From NCBI GenBank assembly GCA_046754105.1, contig JBHHVD010000001.1, forward strand, positions 1-64,000: DNA of 64,000 nt. Reading direction: 5' to 3'. Origin of the DNA: Candidatus Krumholzibacteriia bacterium (lineage in GTDB: Bacteria; Krumholzibacteriota; Krumholzibacteriia; WVZY01). Below, piece after piece: positions 28,460 through 37,673 of the stretch (its first letter is position 1; every line of letters begins with the position of its first letter). Under the pieces are notes generated by a model, which was not told the DNA's origin, searched no databases, and saw only the letters and a list, made by a program, of their open reading frames with translations. Both the position numbers and the translations under genes were made by a program.

Positions 28460-31400
28460 TGAGAATCCATTCTGACAAGATGAACTGCACTCGAAAACCA
28501 AACCCGCTTTCCCACGCGTCGTTCTCAGACAGGTCCCTTTCCTCGAAGCCGTTGAGGCTGTAACCGGCGCTCAAGCGAATGCGATCGAACACGCTGCGCC
28601 CGATCTCGATCCCCGTTCCCAACTGCCGGGTCCCCGCCCCGTTCTGGCCCAGGTAGCGGCCCCACAGGTCGACGTCCCAGTACCGGCCGAAGTGGTAGAC
28701 GTACTGCGAGAGCACCAGGTAACTCCTGGTGCTCTCAGAAATACCGATGCTGTAATCCTCCACGTGTTTGATCGCGAATTTCAGACGGATCTCGTGGGCG
28801 GAGGCCGGAATAATGTTGGCATCCGTTGAAAACACGAGTGTCGAGGTGATCGCGTCCGGATCCACCGGAGAGAAACGGTCGTACTCGTTCTTGAGGAGGA
28901 ATAGCGCCTTGACCGGCGAGGCGGCGGGACGGTATATCCCCGCGATTCGACCCTCGGAACGGATCGACGTCGGGCCCCGGTCGGGGGAGTCGAACGACAG
29001 CGCGTCCTTGAAGTGCAGCGCCACTCCGTTGTCGAAGCGCTTGACGGCGTTGAGACGGACAAGGTGACGCGTCATCGACCGCTGCCAGCGTACTTCGTAT
29101 TGTCCCTCCAATAAGGCCTTGCCGCGCTTGAGCCAGTTGAGACCCGACTTGACGGCAACGTACTCGTCATCCAACGAATTCGAGAATGAGCGAAACCCCT
29201 CGACGTCGAGTGTCCCGTGCACGTCCTTCTTGAGTTCGACTTTCTGCCTCAGTCCCGACACGGCACCGATACGCTCGTCCGCCGCGGTCCGGTTCATGGA
29301 ATACTTCGTGTAAGCGGACGAGCCCCTGCCCCCGTACGATTCAAGGCCGGCCAGCAGGCGCTGGGTGGCGGACCGTCCGTGCGCCGACAAGTACTCGTGG
29401 TTCACCACGAACTTGAACCTGCCCGCAACCGGCACCGAGGCCGTCGATTTCACGCGGTCGGGATAATCTTCCACCGTCTCGCGGGCGAGATTGTTTTCCC
29501 ATTGCGACTGCACCTGCAGCCCCCGCCGTTGCAACGCCGCGCCCACTACGGACAACAGGCTGCGATCGTCACGCCCCAGGTCCTCGTGCCGTGCCGCGCG
29601 CAGACCGGCGCTGTACTGCAGCACGGGAGTCGTGACCTTCCCCAACAACAGCAGATTCCGTTTCTCCTCTCCGGTCCCGTCGAGCCGGTGCACGAATCCG
29701 TCTGATTCGAGCGCGAATTTCTTCGACAGGCTCAGCCGCGAGTCGAAACCGGCCTTGCGGCTGAACAGCTCGTGCTGCCCGCCGGTGAACGAGGGGTTTA
29801 CGAAATCACCGTCTACCTTGCGATAGTAGACCGAGTGTTCGCCGGCGGGGTTGCGAAAGGAGCTCTCGACCTTGTACGCGCTGCCGTCGCCGACGATATC
29901 GTCCTGGCTGCGGGCGAATTCGCCGGAGAGACGCAGTGGGCCGAACGACGATGAGCCGTTCAACCCGTACAACGCATATCCGAACTCGCTTCCGCCCTGG
30001 GCGACGGCGGTCGTGCCGATGGTATACTGCTGCCCACGGGCGAGCTCGCCGCGCAGGCCGTAGAGGTAGTCCGCCTCGCGGTTCGTCTCCACTTCGTAGA
30101 TGGCGACGATGACGACGGGATTGAACTCGCGCGTCGTGCTTGCAACGGGCTGTTTGAAGAGTATGGCGCCGTTGAAGTAATTGATCGTGTAGTCACGATT
30201 GATAACCAGTGGGCGCACCTCCACGATTTTCTCCAGTCGGAAACGGTCCCGGGTCTCGAGCACGATGTTCACCGTGTTCTCGACCACCGGCGAACGGCTG
30301 AGATAATAGAAGCCGCTCGTCCCGTCACCGGGGATCTCGTCCCGGAAGGTGCCGAAGTCGGTCTTCGTTACAAAGGCCTTTACCCGGTGACCCGCCGACA
30401 CCAGTTCACTGTTGACCCCGGTGGATGAGCGCTGGAACTTGAGGAACTCGCCTTCGGTCAAGGGGGTCTGAAAGTCACCGTAGCGAACGAACGATTCGTC
30501 TTTCTCCAGGGCCACGTAGTTGCCGCCCTCGGCGGGGGCCGCGAATCCAAGTTCCGAGCCGTCTCCGTAAAACGAGTACTGCCGGTCCGGGCCGAGTGTT
30601 TTCAGCACGGGATCCTTGTAGCGCTGCTTCGAATCGAGCCTCGCCGTGAGGTTCACATCACGGTAGAGCGTGCCGCGGACAAAAAGACGCGAGACGCCCC
30701 CGAGCTGCACGTCGTCGTGAAAGTTCTCGAGTCCGAGAGGATCCGCGGAACCGGATGAGCGGAAGGCCCCTACTATTCCCTCCGCTATTCCCGACACGAA
30801 CAGCGGTCGTCGCGCCGGCGTGTAACTCACCTCCACCACCGTGCGCAGCTCACCCACCGACACCACGATCCTGTGACGCCCGGTTGCGGTGCTCGCACGA
30901 ACTTTCAACGTCAAATAGCCGTCTTGCGTCGCCACCTGCAGGCCGCGCTCGCCCGGCCGCCTGTCCACCCCGGCCAGCAGGGGCGCCCCCTCGATCACCG
31001 TGCCCACGATGCCGTCCGCCACCGGCAGCCCCAGCCCGTCGCGCACGCCGATGCGTATGGTTTCCGTCGCCTGCCCGTCCGCCGGTATGTGCCGCCGGCG
31101 CCGCGACACGTCGAGCTTCGCGACACCGCCGCTGAGCGCGACCCGGAGGCTGTCGCGCTGGGTGGGCCCGTTGACCGGTGACGCCGTCAGCAAGAGCTGG
31201 CTCCACCCGCGCTCGAGTTTGACTCCGTAGTAGGTCACGTCCTCCGCGCCGGACGGTGTCCACCAGGTAACACCATCCTTCACGACCCGTTCGACGTGGA
31301 CTACCTTGCGGCCGATGCGATTGGGTGCGACCGCTTCCCCGTTGGTCGTCAATTCGAAGCTGCTTCCAAGCGGTACCCTCACCCGCACCCGGATCTGATC

Positions 31401-34193
31401 CGACCGGGAGTACATCTCACCGTCGGCCGGTTCGAGAAACCCGAAGGCGACACCGTCACTCGCCCGGTCGGTTTTGGCCGGGACCGTTTCCGAACCGTCC
31501 CCCGGGCCCCTGCGCGGGCCCTCACGCACCGGGACGCGCCCCCCGCCGGGCGCGCTCTCCGTCCAGCGTGCCAGGACGAGGCGCCGGGATTCCCCGGGCG
31601 TTCCCGCGTTGTCCAGCGCGCGCGCGACCGCGGTTCGTTGCCGGGAGTCTCCGGGGTCGCCGCCGGTGGCCCCGAATACGGCCGACGCCTGGACGCGCCG
31701 AACCAGCGCGGTATCGGAGGCGGCCGCCCGGAAGGCCACCTCGCATTGCACGCCCCGCGAACGCTGGAAACCCGAGACGCGGTAGCGCCCGTCTTCGCCG
31801 GGGAGATCCTCTCCCCCGCTTCTTACGTTCACCCGCACCTCGCGCAGCCCGGCCGGCAGGCCGATGGTCAGCTCGGCGTCACGCGGATGCGGTGTGTCGG
31901 TGGAAAAGTCCCACAGGACCCGAACCTGGAACGTATCGGGCAGTTCGTCGAGCTGCTGGAGTTCCGCGGTAACGCGCCCGGCCGATGACGCTTCGTCGAA
32001 GCTCACGCCCTGCGGGACAAAACTGATCTCGACCCGCCGGTTGCTGGCGCGTCCCTCCGCTGTGCCGTTGGATGTGACAGGTCTTCGATCGCCAAACCCA
32101 CGCGCCTCAATCCGGTGCCGGGTGATGCCGTTTGCCATCAAGTACCGTTTCACGGCCTCCGCGCGGGCGAGAGACAACTCGAGGTTGGATGTGAAGTCGT
32201 CGTTGTGGATGGGAATGCTGTCCGTGTGACCCTCGAGCAGTACGACCCACCCCGGGTTCGTCATCAGAAAGGCCCGTATGGGGTCGAGATGACTCAGTGT
32301 CTCCGTTTTCAGAAAGGCTTTGCCGGTTTGAAAGTTCGAGCTGGGCACGGACGGGACCTGGTAGAGGACCCGGTGGCGACGGGTCACGCTGACGAGTTCC
32401 TGGCAGACGATACGCCTCGCAAGCACGCGATCAGGTTCGGTCGTGGGCTGCAACGGAAAGGAAACGACGGCGTTTCCGCCGGCCAGCAGGTGGACCAGCC
32501 GCTCGCTTCGCATGCCGCCGTGCCCCTCGGCGGGGGAGAAACCCGCCGGAACCGTACCTTCGTCGAGCCTGATGACCCGGTATCCCGAAAAAGTACGCGG
32601 GACGGAAAATTTTCCCAATGAATCCGTGATCGCGTATTCGCCGCTCTCCATGTAGACCGCCACGCCGCGCACGCCCCTTTCCTTCGCGCCGCGCACGCCG
32701 TCACCGTCCCCATCCACAAACACGTCACCCAGGATGATGCCGTCGCCCGAGAAAATATCGTTCTCTATCCGCAGTATATTGACGACCGGCCCGGCGCGAA
32801 CCACGTCTCCGGTAGCAGCGACACCTCGCGCTTCACCGATGACCTTCGTCTTGCCCCGGGCCACACGACTGTTGGCGATGAACTTGATCGCCGTCTCGCG
32901 CGTCTCCCCCGGGGCCAGGGCACCGGCGGACCACGCGAGCGATGCGCCGCTGCGCCCGAACGACGGGCTGGACAGAAAGTTCAACGTCGGTTGTACGGCC
33001 TCGTGGACGGTCACGCCGTTCACCACCATGCTGTCGCTGACGTTCTGTACCGTTACCACGAGAGTTACGACGTCGCCGAATCCAGCCGTGTTGTCCTTGA
33101 ACGTCTGGTCGAGCCGGATCACCGCCGCCGGATTGACCGCGGCCGGCGGCACGATACGGTCGACGGTGCGGTTGGTTCGCGTGCTGTCCAGCTGCGAGCG
33201 GGCGAGCAGCCGCACGGACAGGGAATCGCCGACCAGGTTGACGAACGGGGAGCCGGGTGTTGCCACCGTTGTGAGCACCGATCGTGTCTCGCCGGCAGCC
33301 AGCGCTCCCAGCAGCACGGCCCCCGGCGTCTGCGGCGACAGCGTTAGCACCTGGCCGGTTGTATCCCGGAACGTCACCGTGGTCCCTGGGGGCCAGCCGA
33401 TCGAATCGGCGACCGCCAGCTCCACCACGTCGGGCGAGACGCCCTGGTTCGCGACGTCGTTGCGAAAGGTGACGGTGAAATCCGCGTAACCGACGAACCG
33501 CTCGGTGACGTCGTCGGGGCTTCCCTCGCCGCCGGGCAGTGCCGGGGCGTTCCGGTAGGGCCCGAAGTGAAGAACGGAGCCACCGCGCTGGGTAATGACA
33601 TGTACGACGCTGGTCTGAGCAACCCCGGTCGTGTCGTTTGCGGAACGCGCCCGGATCTCCACGTAACTGTCGCCCGCGCCGCCGCTCGCCAGCATGAAAG
33701 CGACGCTCAAGTCCGCCTGGCCGCCGATCCCGAGCGCCAGGAACGCCGGATCGTCCTCGCCGGTATCGAAACGACCGTTGCCGTTTGCATCGCTGAAGAG
33801 CGTGACCCGGGAGAGACCCGTCGTTGACGGCGGAACGATCTGTTGCGCCGCCTGCGCCGAGTCCGGCGCGTTGCCGAGATTTCGGAGGGTGAAGGCCGCA
33901 TAGAGCGTATCTCCTCCAAGACCCTGGAGTGTGTACGCCGGTGAAGTGACGGTGCCCGGAGGTGAAAGCGAGATCGAGTACACCGGCACGACGTTCGTCG
34001 TCACCTGGTTCGAGAAGCTGATACGTGATCCGATACCGGTCAGGTAGTCCGCGCGCGACCGGCTGGTGATCTGCGTGCCGGCGGGTGTGACGGCGCCCCG
34101 GACGGCGCCGGCAGGCAAAAAGAGTCCCGCGAGCGCCCCAACGAGAAGAATCATCCGGGCGATGGTGCCGCTGAGGATCGCGGTGTGGCGCAT
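28443..34193 (-). CDS. Giant DUF11/SdrD-B/OmpA protein with large C-terminal outer-membrane beta-barrel
   Basis: Signal peptide; TPAGTQIT N-terminal motif; DUF11-like domain; GDVFVDGDGDG; OmpA motifs EGHTDS, NLELSLARAEAV and NRRVEI; ~780 aa of amphipathic strands ending in Phe. Confidence 0.82.
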   Translation of the reverse strand: MRHTAILSGTIARMILLVGALAGLFLPAGAVRGAVTPAGTQITSRSRADYLTGIGSRISFSNQVTTNVVPVYSISLSPPGTVTSPAYTLQGLGGDTLYAAFTLRNLGNAPDSAQAAQQIVPPSTTGLSRVTLFSDANGNGRFDTGEDDPAFLALGIGGQADLSVAFMLASGGAGDSYVEIRARSANDTTGVAQTSVVHVITQRGGSVLHFGPYRNAPALPGGEGSPDDVTERFVGYADFTVTFRNDVANQGVSPDVVELAVADSIGWPPGTTVTFRDTTGQVLTLSPQTPGAVLLGALAAGETRSVLTTVATPGSPFVNLVGDSLSVRLLARSQLDSTRTNRTVDRIVPPAAVNPAAVIRLDQTFKDNTAGFGDVVTLVVTVQNVSDSMVVNGVTVHEAVQPTLNFLSSPSFGRSGASLAWSAGALAPGETRETAIKFIANSRVARGKTKVIGEARGVAATGDVVRAGPVVNILRIENDIFSGDGIILGDVFVDGDGDGVRGAKERGVRGVAVYMESGEYAITDSLGKFSVPRTFSGYRVIRLDEGTVPAGFSPAEGHGGMRSERLVHLLAGGNAVVSFPLQPTTEPDRVLARRIVCQELVSVTRRHRVLYQVPSVPSSNFQTGKAFLKTETLSHLDPIRAFLMTNPGWVVLLEGHTDSIPIHNDDFTSNLELSLARAEAVKRYLMANGITRHRIEARGFGDRRPVTSNGTAEGRASNRRVEISFVPQGVSFDEASSAGRVTAELQQLDELPDTFQVRVLWDFSTDTPHPRDAELTIGLPAGLREVRVNVRSGGEDLPGEDGRYRVSGFQRSRGVQCEVAFRAAASDTALVRRVQASAVFGATGGDPGDSRQRTAVARALDNAGTPGESRRLVLARWTESAPGGGRVPVREGPRRGPGDGSETVPAKTDRASDGVAFGFLEPADGEMYSRSDQIRVRVRVPLGSSFELTTNGEAVAPNRIGRKVVHVERVVKDGVTWWTPSGAEDVTYYGVKLERGWSQLLLTASPVNGPTQRDSLRVALSGGVAKLDVSRRRRHIPADGQATETIRIGVRDGLGLPVADGIVGTVIEGAPLLAGVDRRPGERGLQVATQDGYLTLKVRASTATGRHRIVVSVGELRTVVEVSYTPARRPLFVSGIAEGIVGAFRSSGSADPLGLENFHDDVQLGGVSRLFVRGTLYRDVNLTARLDSKQRYKDPVLKTLGPDRQYSFYGDGSELGFAAPAEGGNYVALEKDESFVRYGDFQTPLTEGEFLKFQRSSTGVNSELVSAGHRVKAFVTKTDFGTFRDEIPGDGTSGFYYLSRSPVVENTVNIVLETRDRFRLEKIVEVRPLVINRDYTINYFNGAILFKQPVASTTREFNPVVIVAIYEVETNREADYLYGLRGELARGQQYTIGTTAVAQGGSEFGYALYGLNGSSSFGPLRLSGEFARSQDDIVGDGSAYKVESSFRNPAGEHSVYYRKVDGDFVNPSFTGGQHELFSRKAGFDSRLSLSKKFALESDGFVHRLDGTGEEKRNLLLLGKVTTPVLQYSAGLRAARHEDLGRDDRSLLSVVGAALQRRGLQVQSQWENNLARETVEDYPDRVKSTASVPVAGRFKFVVNHEYLSAHGRSATQRLLAGLESYGGRGSSAYTKYSMNRTAADERIGAVSGLRQKVELKKDVHGTLDVEGFRSFSNSLDDEYVAVKSGLNWLKRGKALLEGQYEVRWQRSMTRHLVRLNAVKRFDNGVALHFKDALSFDSPDRGPTSIRSEGRIAGIYRPAASPVKALFLLKNEYDRFSPVDPDAITSTLVFSTDANIIPASAHEIRLKFAIKHVEDYSIGISESTRSYLVLSQYVYHFGRYWDVDLWGRYLGQNGAGTRQLGTGIEIGRSVFDRIRLSAGYSLNGFEERDLSENDAWESGFGFRVQFILSEWILNELGF

Positions 34194-34239
34194 GACGCGC
34201 TCGGGAACTCTCAATTACTCAAACCCCTGAATGACCAGC

Positions 34240-34273
34240 AGCGGATGGGGGGTTTTTTGCCCGCCCATCCGCT
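34240..34273 (-). terminator. Strong intercistronic hairpin (attenuator or RNA-stabilising element)
   Basis: Plus strand AGCGGATGGG-GGG-TTTTTTG-CCC-G-CCCATCCGCT with a 10-bp perfect outer stem; no classical U-tract. Confidence 0.55.
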
Positions 34274-34335
34274 TGCCGTGGTTACAACCGTCGATCGAAC
34301 GATCGCGGCTACGGCGGCCCGGCCGCGCTGCGATC

Positions 34336-37038
34336 CTATTCCGCGATGATACGGACGACGAAACTCACGCCGACGGTGGAAGCCCCGCCCGGCACGAGGA
34401 ACCCGGTCATTACAAACCGAACGTTGGTCACATTTGCATCGAATCCGGCGGGCGCGCCGCCGCCGCTGCTAAGCGGGGTGTAGCCCCAGGAACCACCGCC
34501 GTCGGCCGAATACTGGACGGTCACGCCGGAAACTGCGGCGGGAGGAGTACCGATCGAGGCCGATCCCACCTTGAACTGCGTGAACGCCGGCATGGCGTCG
34601 AGAACGATGACGTTTGCCAACGAATCCGTCCCAAGGTTCTGGTAGTCCGTGACGTAGGTCAGCTCCGCGCCCGGAGGTTGATCGGTCGCGGGGTTCACCG
34701 ATTTCGCGAGGTCCAGATTACCTGCCGCGATCACCGTAACGTCGGTGGCGGACTCCGCGACCAGCGTGACGTTGCCGGTCGCCGTCAGCGCACCGGTCTC
34801 CACGGTGCCGATGGCCACGCCGGCGGGCACGCTGAGCTGCGCCACAACGGTCGCGACTTCACCGGGAATGAGCGTCACGCTGCCGACAGGGTTGTTCAGG
34901 GCGTCGTAGAACACATAGAGCCAGCCTTGAGAAGAAACGTAGCTCAGCGCAAACGTATCACCGACGTTTCCCGTATTGGTGACCGTATGCGTGTAGAAAA
35001 TCGTCCCGCCCGGCGTTGCGGTGCCACTCAAGTCAGGGGCAAAATCCACTGCCGGAAATGGGTTCACCGTAACGGTGTTTGCGATCGTGTCGAACGCCGC
35101 GGCGTTGTTGGTAGACGTGGCGGTGAAAGACGTCGGGTTCACGCCGGGCAACGTGCCCGCGGGAACGTCCACGCGCGCGATTACGTTCGCTTCGGCAAAT
35201 CCAGCGACCGGACCTATTGACCCGATCGGAGCCGCTTCACCGGCGTCGAGCACGCCGTTGCCGTTCACGTCCTCGTAGAACGTCACGGTCCAGCCGGCGG
35301 GCAGCGCCGCGGAAAGCCCGTACGTATCCACGCCGCCCACGGGATTGATGACGTCCAGCGGGAAATCGACAAACGTCCCCGGATTGGAACTCAGGTTTAC
35401 CGGGACGTTGTTGGTGCCGGCGCCGCCGTTGTAGTTGCCGATGTCGGCACTCGCCGCCAGGACACTTGCGACCCGGTCGGTAGTAAGGTTGAACACGACG
35501 GGGTCGTTGGTCGACTGCGCGCGCACCACCGCGTCGACCGGACCGCCCGCGGCCTGGTTACCGGGGATCAGCAGGCGCACGACGATGTCGATGCTGTCAC
35601 CCTGCGCGAGGGGACCGACGTCGGGGATGCCGTCCACGCCGTTATCCACCAGTGGAGTCACGCCGTCGGATTGCAGAAACAGGACCGACCATGCGGCTGG
35701 AATCGTGGATGATCCGTCCCGCAGGACGTTTATTTGATCGGTGGCGTTTCCCTCGTTGCGGACCGTGTTCACGAAATCAACGCTGGTTCCGGCATAGGCC
35801 GTCGCGACCGACTGCACGTCGTCATTGAAATTGGGTGGCGTACCGGCGCCCGATTGGCCCGAAGGCCCGACCAGGACGGTCGCTACCGTTCCAATGGTTA
35901 CAGTGGCGTTATTCGAGATGACGATAGACGGATCCGCGGTGAGTGGGGAGTTGTCAACGTAGGCGAGGGATACCGTGTTGCCCAGCACGCCGGCGGCCAT
36001 GGCCGACGGGACGGTAACCTGGTACGCAAAACTGTACCCCTGCGCCGGGACAACGGCGCCGCTCGTGATGTAACCCGCGGCGATATCGCCCGGGCCGGAG
36101 GTCGTGCTCCAGTTCCACGATTCCGGGCTGCCGGCCGTCGAGTTTCCCGCGTTCAAGTACAGAACGGTGCCGCCCGCGGGACTTCCGGAGGGCGTTCCGA
36201 ATATCGGCAGCGGGTTGCCCGTGCCGGGATCGACGGGGATGACGTCGTAGATGAGCACACCCGCCAACGCTACGGATGCTACGGTCACGCCGTTGGCCGC
36301 GTTGTTCCCCAGGTTGCTTCCCGTAAGCGTGTAGGTGATTTGATTGCCCGGAACAACGACCGCCGGTGCGCCGGAAAGGTTTGCCGTCATGACCGCGTCG
36401 TTGACCACCGTCGTCAGGTGATAGTTGCGGGTGTCGACCTGCAGGCCGTCGCCGACCGAAGCTCCTTCCACGCCGGCGTAGGCGACCTCGCCGGCCGTCG
36501 CCGCGACGGGCACCGTGTACGCGAGGATGATGCTCGCCGTCGCGCCCGAGGCAAGAGGACCGACGTTACCGGGCACACCGCCGGCGCTGATCACCGGCTC
36601 ACCCACGTTGACCACGCCGTCTCCATTGAGATCGTGGTAGATGGTCACGTCGGAAGCGGCAAGCGCAATGTTGGTATTGACCGCGTCCAGAATGGGAAAC
36701 AGGGAGAAGCTGTCATTGTCGTTTCCCGTGTTGGTCAGGTCGTAACGGTAGTACACCGTCATGCCGGGCAGAACGTTCTGTATCGCTGCTGGCGTGACGG
36801 GCGGTGTCTCACCCGAATCATCGGGCAGTATGGATACACCGTACACGGGCAACACGACGGTGATGACTTCGTTCGACGTCGACGTAAAACTGTTCCCGGT
36901 CATATCCTCGTACGTGGCGGACGAGCGGTTGCGTATCAGCGTGCCCGCAGGTGTGATCACGGCGAGAACGCTTGTTGCGGTCAACACCAGCACCGCCGCC
37001 AGGAGAAGAGGAAGCAAAAGACATGTCTTGATTTTCAT
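34336..37038 (-). CDS. Exported multi-domain DUF11/Ig-like protein (putative major fibre subunit)
   Basis: Signal peptide; TPAGTLIRN N-terminus; repeated PG...Y...N.GN..D Ig-like units; DxNGDG loops; one complete internal and one truncated C-terminal DUF11 domain. Confidence 0.82.
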   Translation of the reverse strand: MKIKTCLLLPLLLAAVLVLTATSVLAVITPAGTLIRNRSSATYEDMTGNSFTSTSNEVITVVLPVYGVSILPDDSGETPPVTPAAIQNVLPGMTVYYRYDLTNTGNDNDSFSLFPILDAVNTNIALAASDVTIYHDLNGDGVVNVGEPVISAGGVPGNVGPLASGATASIILAYTVPVAATAGEVAYAGVEGASVGDGLQVDTRNYHLTTVVNDAVMTANLSGAPAVVVPGNQITYTLTGSNLGNNAANGVTVASVALAGVLIYDVIPVDPGTGNPLPIFGTPSGSPAGGTVLYLNAGNSTAGSPESWNWSTTSGPGDIAAGYITSGAVVPAQGYSFAYQVTVPSAMAAGVLGNTVSLAYVDNSPLTADPSIVISNNATVTIGTVATVLVGPSGQSGAGTPPNFNDDVQSVATAYAGTSVDFVNTVRNEGNATDQINVLRDGSSTIPAAWSVLFLQSDGVTPLVDNGVDGIPDVGPLAQGDSIDIVVRLLIPGNQAAGGPVDAVVRAQSTNDPVVFNLTTDRVASVLAASADIGNYNGGAGTNNVPVNLSSNPGTFVDFPLDVINPVGGVDTYGLSAALPAGWTVTFYEDVNGNGVLDAGEAAPIGSIGPVAGFAEANVIARVDVPAGTLPGVNPTSFTATSTNNAAAFDTIANTVTVNPFPAVDFAPDLSGTATPGGTIFYTHTVTNTGNVGDTFALSYVSSQGWLYVFYDALNNPVGSVTLIPGEVATVVAQLSVPAGVAIGTVETGALTATGNVTLVAESATDVTVIAAGNLDLAKSVNPATDQPPGAELTYVTDYQNLGTDSLANVIVLDAMPAFTQFKVGSASIGTPPAAVSGVTVQYSADGGGSWGYTPLSSGGGAPAGFDANVTNVRFVMTGFLVPGGASTVGVSFVVRIIAE

Positions 37039-37049
37039 GATTTCCAACC

Positions 37050-37544
37050 TCACTTGACGAAGGTCCGGTACGAGACGGTGATCCCGCCGGAGGGGTCAAA
37101 GGCGTCTGAGATGATCCAGCGGATGTGGGTCACCATGTCCGGTGTGGCCTCGATCTGCGCCGTCGTTCCGTCCGGGTTGCGGCGGGTGATGACGATGGGC
37201 CAGTCCTCGTAGGTGCGACCGCCGTCGACACTGAACTCCACGCGGCCACCATCGGGGCGCGATGCAGTTGCATCGATGTACTCCGCACCTGACGGGATCG
37301 GATCGGTGATGAAGAGGTTTCGAACCACCCCGGAACCGTCGTTGCGGTACGTCAGGCGGTATTCGATAATGTCTTTGGGTCGCGCCCGATCGGCGGGCAG
37401 AAAGTTTTCCCTGCCGTCCTCGTTCGTGACGACACGGAATGCTTCGAGATTCCCTGTAAGGCCGGCATCGCTGGCCGCTGACACCAGCGGCAAGAACAGC
37501 CAGAGCGCAAGAATCCCGAGGGCGCAGAAGCGCTTCGGTCCCAT
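37050..37544 (-). CDS. Small exported single (truncated) DUF11-like domain protein
   Basis: Signal peptide; AAGGAGG RBS; IEYRLTYRN, ITDPIP, FSVDGG and VTHIRW align with the C-terminal domain of the adjacent gene product. Confidence 0.82.
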   Translation of the reverse strand: MGPKRFCALGILALWLFLPLVSAASDAGLTGNLEAFRVVTNEDGRENFLPADRARPKDIIEYRLTYRNDGSGVVRNLFITDPIPSGAEYIDATASRPDGGRVEFSVDGGRTYEDWPIVITRRNPDGTTAQIEATPDMVTHIRWIISDAFDPSGGITVSYRTFVK

Positions 37545-37657
37545 GAGAGCCTCCTTTTTCGCGCAAGATGGCGACGTGACTACAATTCTTTGCTAGGGAA
37601 TGACAACCCGGCAGGTGTGGGCACAGTTCCTCGCTCCCCAGATACTTGCGCGGGATT

Positions 37658-37673
37658 CGCAAGGAACGAACCA
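37658..37673 (-). promoter_or_regulatory. Probable sigma54 promoter of the DUF11 operon
   Basis: Minus strand TGGTTCGTTCCTTGCG (GG-N10-GC spacing, TTGC intact), ~113 nt upstream of the first start codon. Confidence 0.55.

Noticed and set aside
24464..37544. DUF11 operon as a T1SS/RTX, T9SS or classical chaperone-usher locus
   Set aside because: The proteins have Sec-type signal peptides; there are no canonical GGxGxDxLx nonapeptide arrays, no ABC/MFP genes, no recognisable T9SS C-terminal domain and no PapC/PapD motifs
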